This document shows, one piece after another, positions 37,595 through 48,795 of a stretch of DNA of 64,000 nt; positions within the stretch are counted from its first letter, which is position 1, and each line of letters starts with the position of its first letter. Position numbers and translations under genes: made by a program. The DNA is from Dimorphilus gyrociliatus (Eukaryota > Animalia > Annelida): assembly GCA_904063045.1 (NCBI GenBank), contig CAJFCJ010000001.1:2790001-2854000 (forward strand), given 5' to 3'. Below the pieces are notes generated by a model. The model ran no database searches. It had not been told where the DNA came from and saw only the letters and a list, made by a program, of their open reading frames with translations.

Positions 37595-40028
37595 ATGAGC
37601 GATTTAAGGCCAAACCACACGATTTATGTGAATAATTTAAATGAGAAAGTTAAAAAAGATGGTAAGTCTTACAAATAGACTTTAACAAGACCCGTTAATA
37701 GTTGACTTTATCCTGATAGAACTTAAAAGATCTCTCTATTACCTATTTTCGACTTTCGGACAAGTCTTGAATATAGTTGCACTAAAAACTATGAAAATGA
37801 GAGGACAAGCATTTGTTGTTTTTAAAGATATTAATTGCGCAGCTGTAGCAATGCGCTCAATGCAAGGTTTTCATTTCTACGGCAAATCATTAGTAAGTAT
37901 TAAAATCATTCGTTTTAGGTATGAAAAGCGTGCCTATAAACGTTTTATTTTAATCTAAGCAATACACTTTCTACATTAAAACTTTTACTTGCCCTTTTCC
38001 TAGAAAATAGCATATGCACGTAAAGACTCTGAGCTTATAGCTCGAATGAAAGGCACATTTCAGCAGCAGCAGCAAGCTGCTGCTGCCAAAAAGAGAAAAG
38101 AAGAAGATGCTGAAAAGAAAAGAAAGAAGGCTGCAAAGTAATAAATTAAATATAGAAAAATAACCTAAAACAATTTATAGCATTCACATATCTATTTTAT
38201 TCTCAATATATATAATTCCTTCCAGAATTGTTGGTGGTACACAATCAACTCCTGCCGCAAGTACCTCATCGGATATACCTACTATTGAGGCTCCACATCA
38301 CATTTTGTTCTTAACCAATCTACCTGATGAGATAAATGACATGATGTTATCCATGCTTTTCAATCAGTACGTATTCAAAGTATTCATATACATCTACATT
38401 TATAAACTAAAAATTTCTTTTGAGTTATGTAATAGGCCATAAATAAGATTAAACTTTATTAATTTTCAAACTTTATAATATTTTAATTAATTTATAAGAA
38501 AGAAAATAGAAATCCTAATAGTATTTATGAGCATAATAATACTACAATAATCTAATTAAATTATGTGTGTCTTAGAGGAAAAAAGTAAAGAATAAATAAA
38601 GTTATTAAACATATTATAAATAAGTTAATTAAATGGTCAAAGGAATGTGTTTACTTTCGCAATAGAATTATTTTCAGTTAATGTAGTACTCGAATCCTTT
38701 TTGAACAAGCACTTCAAAGTCCTCTTTTTACTATATTTAACTTTAACAGAAATGCTTGTCATATCTAACTAATGTACTATATACTTATAGTGAAGGAGCA
38801 AAGAAAAAAATCATTTAAAGTGTTCATTAAACATGTTGTAGACAACTTTGATCTTCCTTATAATTAGAACGAAGAAAAGAATTGAACTATTTAAAGAGTT
38901 TCACGGTATAGATTTATTGTTCTTGAAGAAAAGAGAACAGGTTATTTATAATTTCAAAGATAGCATTTATATATATGCATTTATATATCTTTATATATAT
39001 CTTTTCTATAAAACCTTCAAAGTTCTAATTATTCCTTTTCAATCATCTCTGTGTCGTATTTACACGACAGATGGCGTGCAAAACAAAGTAAAAAAAAACT
39101 TTCACGACAACAGACCTTAACAGTATCTAACACATGATATGTTTTGTACTGTCCACGCTTTAAGTGTACAACATCGATTGACTTTTGAGCTGATATGAAC
39201 AGCATAGCTTTAGTGATAATGTTTCCTACCAAATCAATTAATTAATTAGTTATAATTAGACTCTAGTGACCTTCAAAAACTAAAATTTGACCCAAGTAAT
39301 GTTCTTCACTCCACCCTGATAGTTTTATATTACAAGTTAGAAATAGCCAAACAATATATCGGTCGATGGTGAAAAGTAATACATTATGTACCACGTAAAT
39401 ACTCGAGTTGGTGTATTTGTTTATACGATAAAGGGACACCGTAAACTACTTAACATAGACATAATTGTTAAAGGAATAAATTTGACATTCTAACTCCATG
39501 GCTATGACTTCGTAACAGTGTACTCTATAAATATTTTCAACTTTTTATCACTAGCTCACTATCATTTTTTCCTTTTAGCATTCATTAATAAATAGGGCGA
39601 TTGGTATTAGGAAATATTATTATGATTTAGACAGTCTATCCATCTTATCTAAATAATTATTTGTTTACGTAAGGTTTTGTTCTAATAAATACAAATGAAT
39701 AAAAATGGGTGAACTAGTTTTGTCCACGTATGCTATAACACAATACAATAAAATTGTAACAAAAAGCTGGAGTAACAATAAAATCCATTGAGAAATTATT
39801 GACTTAACTTATTATTAATAAAACAATATATTAAGATGTGTTCAATACTAAATGTAATTTAAACACAGATTTCCCGGATTTAAAGAAGTTAGAACCGTAC
39901 CCGGCAGAACAGATATAGCATTTGTTGAATTTGAATCAGATCAACTTGCTGCCAACGCTAAAGACGCTTTACAAGGCTTCAAAATAACGCCTACTCATGC
40001 TATGAAGATTACATTTGGAAAAAAATAA
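37595..40028 (+). CDS. snf: U1A/U2B''/SNF family snRNP protein (two RRMs, 5 exons)
   Basis: [42 protein letters not shown] (SNF/U2B''-type loop), [42 protein letters not shown]. Confidence 0.93.
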
Positions 40029-40628
40029 TTGTAACCTTTTTATTGTTATAAATAGATTTGGGTTTTTTCGTACAAAAGATATCTCTGTTGCCGCCGCTGA
40101 AAATTATTACGCGGAACAGGTTCCAGACTGGAAGATAGGCCTCGCCTAATCTAACCTGGAAACTTGCCAATTTAATAACCTTGCGTAACTATTGCGGTCG
40201 ATTATTTGACGAGTAAACATGGACTCGATGACCTCGTCGTTTTACGTACACCTTTTTGCAGGTGTTTTTTTCTTTTATTATTATTATTATTATTATGTAG
40301 ATGTATAATAGATATATATAATACAAACATATATATATATATATATATACATATATATATTACTATAAATATATATATATATATGATTAATAAAGCACAT
40401 AGTGTTATGTAACAGAAAAAAAAACAAACAAAGCACACTTGTTGTTTTTAAGAGAGGTGTAGCGGTGTACTGTTGAAGATGAGGTCGAACAAAATGTCTT
40501 GCAGCCCTGAGATTGAGAACACCGACCAAAACAAAAAAAAAACAAAAATACAAAAGAAAACCGTTACGTAAGCTGAAAAATAAACAACAGCTAAAAAAAA
40601 TCAATTCGCAGTCAATAACGATCGATTA

Positions 40629-41246
40629 TCAACTGTTATAGAGCATGTGACGTAATTTGGTCGTTTCATTCTTTAACGCCGCAACTTCGACGCGTAACTT
40701 GAGGTTCTCTTGTTCAAGGAAAGCCGCTCGTATAGCGATTTCATCTTCTTTCGCTCGTCGAGCGTCCCTTGAGCGTTTTGCGGCCTCATTGTTTTTCCGG
40801 CGTCTTTCCCAATAGGCCTGATCTTTCATAGTGTCCGGCAATGATTTGGCGGCGCGGCGGCGACTGGACGCTTTGTTGTGACTTGGCTGTTGGTCCTCTG
40901 ATGATGGTGATGTTGAATCGTCACTTTTGGTCGCAGCGTCTCTAAATTTAGCATACATATCTTCTGTGGCTTGTGTTAGCAGACCCGGTATTGCATACAA
41001 GCCCAGGGAGAGGGGATAACTTTTAAAAGGCCTAGAAGTAGCAGCATTGGTACTAGCCAAAATGCTAGAAGCCAAGAGGGTTGGATCAATGCCATTCAAT
41101 ATTGGCGTCGCAGGTGACGCTGTTTCACTATTGCTGTCCGAAGACGACAGAGGAGGTGTTTCGCAACGACGTTTCTTCATACTGAAATCAAGTGGGGCGT
41201 CATCTGAAGACGTCATATCATCAGATGCTGCAGGTGAAGTCGCCAT
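40629..41246 (-). CDS. gt: PAR-type bZIP transcription factor, giant-like
   Basis: PLDFS (CtBP-type motif), RPFKSYP, and b[40 protein letters not shown] characteristic of giant-like PAR factors. Orthology is inferred. Confidence 0.8.
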   Translation of the reverse strand: MATSPAASDDMTSSDDAPLDFSMKKRRCETPPLSSSDSNSETASPATPILNGIDPTLLASSILASTNAATSRPFKSYPLSLGLYAIPGLLTQATEDMYAKFRDAATKSDDSTSPSSEDQQPSHNKASSRRRAAKSLPDTMKDQAYWERRRKNNEAAKRSRDARRAKEDEIAIRAAFLEQENLKLRVEVAALKNETTKLRHMLYNS

Positions 41247-42595
41247 GGCGAGAGGTAGCTAGCTGTAGAGCAACGATATCAATTTGATTTACAAAATCTA
41301 TAAGCTCAGCACATATGTACATATACATACATATATTATTATATATGTATGTACATCATATTTGAATATATATACAGTATATATATAAATATATATATAT
41401 ATATATACGTATATGAATTATACTGTATATATATAGTACGTCGAATTATTCATCAGGGGCGGTCTTAGCAGGGGCTAGTCGAACAGTTTTTTATTATCTA
41501 GATCTAGTTACGATTGTGGGAGTCCGAAATTCGGGCTAGATAATTCTCGTGGAGAACGAGAGGACAACATTCATTAGGCCTATAGCTTAGTAAATTGACT
41601 ATAGCAAACACACGCATATGCACATATATAGACTATGCACATAAAGATAGAGAAAGAGAGCGAGAGATACACACGAATAGCGGATAGAGGGGGAGTTTCT
41701 GTATTGTTTTTTCAGTTTTTTATCTATACTTTCTATAATTAGAAAAAGGTCTTATCAAATTCGGGAGTTTCTCCTTTTATCTTAATTCTAAAAGTCTGGG
41801 AGAGAAAGCTTTTAACTCTTATCGTATTTTATCAACCGGCTACCAGTTTCTGTACAAACTTTAAAAAAATGTAAATAAACAAGATCAAACCCAATTCTAC
41901 TAGATCGGAGTATAATTTTGAGATTTGATAATGAAGGCGTTACATAACAAAACTACCTAGTTACGCAATCGATGATGACTATAAACAATTAATCGACTAA
42001 TCTAATACTCAGTAGTTAAAATAATAGTTCTAAATACACAAAATCTAAAAATCTACACGAGAAAAGTAAGAAATTTACCTGATTTCGAATTTGAAGAGAA
42101 ACGGCGTTTTTTTGTCGAAGAAAGATTCTGTTATTGGGCCATGCCATGGATTGACCCGATCATGGCATGCTGACGAGTATATTTACACTCCCCCCGCGTT
42201 TGTACTCCCTAGCGGCAAATGCTCTACTGCTAATATCTACTCTATTAAGTACTTATGACTTACCAATTCTATCGCTATTCGTTTTAAAAATTGTGAGTAA
42301 ATTTTCCCGTAAGTTATTTTTCCATAACATCAACATAAAGTAGTGTTACGTGGCAATTAAGGTCACACCGGAAGTCGGCCATCTTTTCTACGGCTATTTG
42401 CGTTATTACGTAACGGTTTAAGGTTATCGTCAGTTCAGGTCAAAGAAAACCGTCCCTTTTCAGGGTTGAACGAGCCCGAACTCTTTCCCTTTCAACTTTT
42501 ATCGACATCCCACCGCGTCGGAATACTTACCGTTTTGAAATTCCAATGATTACGTAATAATTTCGAATTCACTTTCGAGCGTCGTGACCTGATTC

Positions 42596-42622
42596 TGAAA
42601 TGGCGGGAGGACACCTTTTATA
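42596..42622 (-). promoter_or_regulatory. Candidate TATA + Inr core promoter of the giant-like gene (non-coding exon about 42596-42531)
   Basis: TATAAAAG at 42622-42615, TCAGAAT Inr-like with A at 42596, and a strong donor ACG|GTAAGT at 42531/42530. Confidence 0.5.
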
Positions 42623-44056
42623 TGCATAAATAACTGCATCGATTATCTAACTTTATCTTAGCCAGACGGCTTGAAAATTTGTTATCCGTTACGTAATTAA
42701 CCTGATTTTGTACGAGGCAACTTAAGCAGGTCAATAAAAACATGAAGAGATCGGCTTACGGCATATTATTTCGCTTTCACAAATAATCACACGCGTATAC
42801 GTGTGTGTTGTTTTACTCGATACATACTCAGGGATTATTCTTTAGAATGCGGTTAAATTATTACGTTTAAGTGAAACAGCTGTTGGAAACTAAAGTGGGT
42901 CAACTATTTTTATAAATATAACAAAAATCTCAGGGATTTCAACTTTTTACCTCTACAAGCCTATACACGAAATAATAGTCTGGTCGAGTATTAGTACAAC
43001 TTAATTTTTCTATTAGTAGCATATTTTTATCATTCGCTCGCTAGACGGCAATACTACCTTATTGTCTTTTGTTTGAGCTGCATCGCCATCTTTTGGCGAC
43101 AATACGTAAATGTTATGCAATCGTTCGATTTTTCTTTCTTTATATAATCTGATTACACAATCTCCTTATCTAACAGTTATAAATATGCCTTATTTTTTAT
43201 TAGACATAGGTTAAGCGGCGGAATATATTAACCGACTATTAACATAGATTTTTTTACGTAATAGGTGTAATATATAGATATATACTATATATATATTTAA
43301 CAACAAAAACAGATCAAAAATCCCCTTTCAAAGCTTGGCTACCGATTTCTATTATTCTATTATCTTCTTTTTTACTTATGTTCCTTATACAATACATATT
43401 CAAATTCCTAATACCACCGTAATCATACACTAAAAGGATTTATATATGAATGTATATAGTATCTGCATATATTATATATGATAATGTAAATGTGTATGAT
43501 GTATATGATTAATCATTCAACGTACCTTCCAATCTTCAATTATAATTTTTATATACAGGTTAATGTTGATTAAAAGAGGTTAAGGTCTCTTATTTGTTTA
43601 TTTGTAATTTTGTAGTTTCCGTCCCTAGTTTCTTTGAGGGAAGGAGGGGGGCGGTTTTATTATTTTTATTACTATTATAAACTAAACTGCTTTTATCAGT
43701 TTTTCTTTTTCTTTAGTTCGATATTTTATTCATTCAATCATTCGTTCATTCATTCTTTCTTTCCTTCGCTTACTCATTCATTCACTAAGAATTTTCTTTA
43801 TTCTTCCTTTTATTTCTTTTCCCTTTTTGCTTCCAGCAACGACATTCAATGAGTTCAGTTATTGTTTTCTTCATAAACTTAATACTCAATTAGCAAAGAA
43901 TCAATTAAATAACGTATTGTTAATCAATGTTTATGCACACACTGTACATTTAAATACAGTATATGTAGACTTTATGTACAAATATAAACAATTACGTTGG
44001 TGATTGATAGAGGTCAAGGTTTCTTTGTTTTATTATTATTATAGTTATTATTATTA

Positions 44057-46758
44057 TTATGAATTTTTTCCTTCATCCGAGCTAGATGTATGTCTCTCCC
44101 TTAAATATTTTGCAATCTTCCTCCTTTTCCTAAATGCTGGATTTTTTATATTTTTTAGTTTGTTAAAGTTTCGGTTATCTTGCTTTGAATCATCTTCAGA
44201 GGATTCAATTTCAAAAGGACTTCGCTTTCGTTTTAAATCAACACTCCAATTTGCTAATCTTTGACCAATCTTCTGTGAATCTTTTGGTGTTGTAGATGAA
44301 GATGTCGCTGCAGTAGGATTTATTATTTTCTCGTCGCTCGTCCTTTTATCCGTAAAAAGTTTATTTTGATAAGGATTTATCTCTGTTGCTTTACTTAATT
44401 GCCTTTCACATATTATATCGTTAATTGTCTTCTTTTTTCTGCTATGTTTCCCTCGACTACTGTTTTCAAAGAAAGTTTCTTCTTCGTCATCGTCGTCTTC
44501 ATCATCTTCATTATCATCGACATTATCATTGTCATCACCCCTTTCGTCATCACTATCATCGCTACTGTCTTCTTGTTGACCATTTGTGTTTTCATCTTTC
44601 ACTTGACTAGTTAATGAATGATCGATTCCATTTCGCCGCCCCTTTTCATCCTGATCTTCTCTTTCGCTACCGTTTTGCTTTTCTTTCTTGTTGTCACTAA
44701 TCTCTGTTTCATCTCGTCCGTCTTCCTCTTTTATCCTCTCCACTTTATCATTATCATCATCATTATTATTATCATCATTATCATCATCATCCTCCTTATC
44801 GTCATCATCATCATCATTTTCATCATCGTCATCATCATCTTCTTTTTCTTCTTCCACGTCATCTACATCTTCTTCGTTATTATTATTATCATCGTCATCA
44901 TCATCCTCGTGACTTTCATCGTTTTGACTGCTGCGTAAACCATTTTGGTAGAATTCATCGATACTGTCGATGTCATCACTATCAAATTGGAAAATTACAT
45001 TACTCTGTCCATCATCATCTGATGAAATGCTCTCTTCATTCAATTCCCTTTGAACTAGAGAGTCAAAAAAAGCCATCATTCTAGGATCTTCTTCTGTGCA
45101 TTCGGCAGTATAATCATGGCTTATGAATGAATCTCTAGATTCAAGTATTAAATCAATATATTCTTGATGACTATATGCAGTTCTGGCCCTGCTTTCGTCC
45201 GTATCAATGGTACTGGTTGGCTCTATTTGAAATAGACTCCAAAGTTTGATAATTTTTTCAACACCGCAAGAGTAGATGGTGTGATCGTGATCGCTGAAGC
45301 GAACTTGATTGACAATCGAACGATGTCCGTGAAGAACCATATGAGCTTCCGAAAATGTATTTTTCTTATCATTATTTAATCCAGTCTCTGAGGGTATTTT
45401 CCAAACATAGACGTTATGATTGTCCGATCCAGAAATAACATATTCATCCCGATCGCCCGCGAAACAACCACTTTTCATTGTACATGAGTTAAAATAACCA
45501 AGATGAGAGAATTCAGAGATATTTGTTTCTGAATTTAAATCATAAACTACAGCCGGAAGACGACGCCTCAAAGCTAGCATACGACGACCAGATTTGTCAA
45601 AACAAACACTCATGGCTGTTCTCTTTGACATTCCATCACCGTAACGCAATAGACAAGTCCGCGGTTTCCTAACGTCCCATAGTTGAACGCCTTCCTCAGA
45701 ATTAGCCGTGGCAACTAAACGAGGCTCTGCAGGATTATAGGACACACCATGAAAAGGCTTAGTGTAGTTGGCGAGGACAAAAGGATCTACAGAGAAGAAA
45801 GCAAAATATTCAAAATAAATAAAAAGTAAGAGCATTCCAGTGTATATATTTATACTGAACCCTCGCTATCGGGAGCTCTCATATCATACATTAGTACTCG
45901 ACCATCGTCTCCCGCACTTAAGAATAGCGAATCAATGTCAGGATGAGTACTTATCCGATAAACAGGGTTCCTATGTAGATAAACATTTTTTGATTCCGTC
46001 CTATAGAGAAAAGATAATAGTTAATGCTACTTTCACTTAATATATTCATAGTTTTTAATAATAAATATGATATAGTTTTCTTATTCATAATCTTAAGGTT
46101 CTTAACTATTAAATGTATAAATGATTTGTTTACGTTTCAATGTCGTGAACAATAACTTGGTCATCATTCCCTCCCGAAAATACAGTCTTGTTGCAACAGT
46201 CGAAGTCAACGCAGAAAATATTTGAATCGTGTTGGCCTTTCATTACTAGTGGCTTATAATTTGAGATTTTGCTTGCTTTTTCCAAATGCCAGAGAAGAAC
46301 TCGTCTATCATCGCCTCCTACGGTAAAAAAGAATCCCTTTAAAAATTATAGATAATGCAATCACAAATCGATATATTTAATATAATACAATAAATATTCA
46401 TTTATATAATAACATTTACATCATTTCGAAATATTGACCTAGGAAATTCAGAGGGATGGACGACACAAAAAAATCGTCAACAACGAATATCTTATGTAAC
46501 ACTCTTTTAGCGTGCTCTTTTTAAATTGTCAACATTTAATTTACCTGACAGAAGATATTCTCCTCCATTATATGACAATTCCAAGGCATTCACGCATCCA
46601 AAGTGAGATTTTAAATCCTTTTTGAACATATTTTTAGCACTTTTAAGACGTTCACGCAAGCATTGATTGCCCAATCTAGAACGGTCATTCTTTTGGCAAT
46701 AACCTATTAGATACGCAGTATTTTTCAGCTCTGGCCCAGGGATCCTTTTAGTTAACAT
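44057..46758 (-). CDS. DCAF5: DDB1- and CUL4-associated factor 5 (WD40 protein, acidic C-terminal half)
   Basis: KKDLKSHFGCVNALE, NPAEPRLVATANSEEGVQLWDVRKP, YFNSCTMKSGCFAGDRDEYVISGSD, GHRSIVNQVRF, EEDPRMMAFFDSLVQRE. ATG 46758 chosen over the TTG start in the ORF track. Confidence 0.92.
44745..44905 (-). repeat. Asp/Asn/Glu-coding trinucleotide low-complexity tract in DCAF5
   Basis: GAT/AAT/GAA-rich tandem codons giving poly-D/N/E. Confidence 0.85.
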
Positions 46759-46991
46759 TCTTTCGCCTTTATTTGCCTGGCGCAAAACTGCTAAGACCGA
46801 ATTAAATCATCGAAAAAGCGCAAACTCTGATAATCGCATCCCATTTTATCATTCCGTTTAATTCGTCTGCTAAATCTCGCGAAATACGAGAAAAAAAGCG
46901 AGACTACACGCGAGTTGGCGATAAAATTAAGACAAAAAAATTCAGTTCACAAGCAAACATTTATGTATTCAAACGCATCGAATATGTCACT

Positions 46992-47993
46992 TTAACGGTT
47001 AGATTTGGCGACACGTTCCAATTCGTCCTTCTTCTTGATGGCGTACGAGTTTGACGAACCCTGTTCATTTTTAAAAGCTTATTAAAAATCATAAATATAT
47101 ATATCCTCGTTTTTTGTTTTATAGAAACTGTCTATTTGTTTAAGGGCAGGCACACCTTAATCTTTTTTTCTAGAAATTAGTTTTAGTTACTATGTTACTA
47201 AGTTTTTTCAACTTCTTTTAATAAAATAATCTATGACAAATATTTGTCATAGTGGGAAAATTATATTAGTATTATAGGGTTTTTCATTGATAATTTTCAA
47301 ATTTTCTTCAATGGCTATTTAAACTTCATTGACGGTAGAACTTTATATAAAGTACGTATAAATCTAAGTCCCTTCATCACTTCTAACTTATACTGTAAGG
47401 TAAAGATTTTCTGGTGTGTGCTCTTAAGGGACAAACTGTTTCTTTACCTTTGCAGCGTTGATCAATTCGTCAGCCAAGCATTCAGCGATCGTTTTAATAT
47501 TTCTAAACGCCGCTTCTCTTGCTCCCGTGCACAACAACCAGATAGCTTGGTTTACTCTTCTCAATGGCGAAACGTCAACAGCTTGTCTTCTGACTGTTCC
47601 AGCTCTACCAATTCTGGTCGAATCTTCTCTAGGTCCAGAGTTGATAATTGCGTTAACAAGTACTTGCAATGGGTTTTCACCAGTCAGCAAGTGAATGATT
47701 TCAAAAGCGTGTTGAACAATACGCATTGTCATCAATTTTTTACCGTTGTTTCTGCCGTGCATCATCAAAGAGTTGGTCAAACGTTCCACAATAGGACATT
47801 GAGTCTTGCGGAAACGTTTTACTTGAAAACGGCCCGATGAATGAGGGACATATTTAGCAAACTTCTCTTTTATCGGGATATAATCAGTCAAAGATATATC
47901 GGACACCTGAACTTCTTCAGTTGGCCAGCGTCCAAACAAACGGACTTCGGGTAATTCGGGAGCGCCAGCAATTTCTGCGTCGAAATCGGCCAT
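46992..47993 (-). CDS. RPS5: 40S ribosomal protein S5 (uS7); coding exons 47993-47448 and 47060-46992
   Basis: [59 protein letters not shown]; last exon [22 protein letters not shown]. Confidence 0.98.
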
Positions 47994-48192
47994 CTGTAAA
48001 AGCGAGGGAGCGATAATTAAGGGTGTAATATAGAAACGGTCTAAACTGTGTTAATATTGAGAAAATTATGTAAAATTATGATTAGGAGTGTTAACGGACG
48101 TTTATTTAACAACCAAAACGCCTTTATTTTAATCGAAACATGAAATAACTATGAAAAAAGTAGCTAAAATACACATCACATGTAGCACCAAC

Positions 48193-48212
48193 CTTAAGCG
48201 GAAATGAAAGGA
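48193..48212 (-). promoter_or_regulatory. TCT initiator / 5'TOP non-coding first exon of RPS5
   Basis: TCCTTTCATTTCCGCTTAAG followed by donor GTTGGT; the intron ends TTTTACAG directly before ATG 47993. This is typical ribosomal-protein gene architecture. Confidence 0.7.
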
Positions 48213-48795
48213 CGGATCATGGGAAGGGACTTTCCTAAAACATGGAAGGAAAACTTTATAATAATCGAAATAATTTTTTAAGACCATAGCTCAAAGTTTA
48301 TTCTACTGTATAAATAATAAATAAAACGGTTTTTTAAAAGTTTTTTAATTTTGAAAGAATATGAACATTTTAACTGTACAAATCATGTTAATCATTTTTC
48401 GTTAAACTATGTTTTTAAAGAAAGAGATATTAGTATAACAAGCACATGAGAAAAAATAAATTCCATATTAGCTAACCGACTGAATGCAAATTTATACGCT
48501 TAATGGTAAAAATTAATTCCTTCTTCAGAATTCTTTCCTTGCATGACTTAGTAATAGCCAACATCATGCTTTCAAGAATACTTTTGTGAAGAGTGATAAT
48601 TAAGAAAATAACGAAACTACGAAATATCGCCCGAGACGATTAAAATACATATTAAAAGATATAATATATAGCTTTAATAAAATATTTAAAAGTAAAAAAA
48701 AAAATTTAATACTTAAATCTTTTGCAAGATTAATATAAAATTAGTTTATTCTATTAGAATTTAAAAATTCCTTTTTTATAAATAAGTCTTTGTTA

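Noticed and set aside
40029-40400. U1A-type polyadenylation inhibition element in the snf 3' UTR
   Set aside because: No ATTGCAC/ATTGCAG loop motifs were found.
40202-40604. ORFs rich in I/Y/F around (TA)n tracts; likewise 14582-14801, 38848 and 43634
   Set aside because: They are translations of microsatellite and poly-T sequence, mostly with non-ATG starts.
44399-44938. Several hydrophobic or Ser/His/Ile-rich plus-strand ORFs; likewise 5712-5995 and 7060-7302
   Set aside because: They are alternative-frame readings of low-complexity coding repeats in DCAF5 and SPEF2.
47300-47380. Possible C/D box snoRNA in the RPS5 intron (GTGATGA at 47380-47374 followed by AGGGACTTA, resembling an 18S-complementary guide)
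   Set aside because: There is no CTGA D box downstream in the intron on that strand and no terminal stem at a suitable distance.
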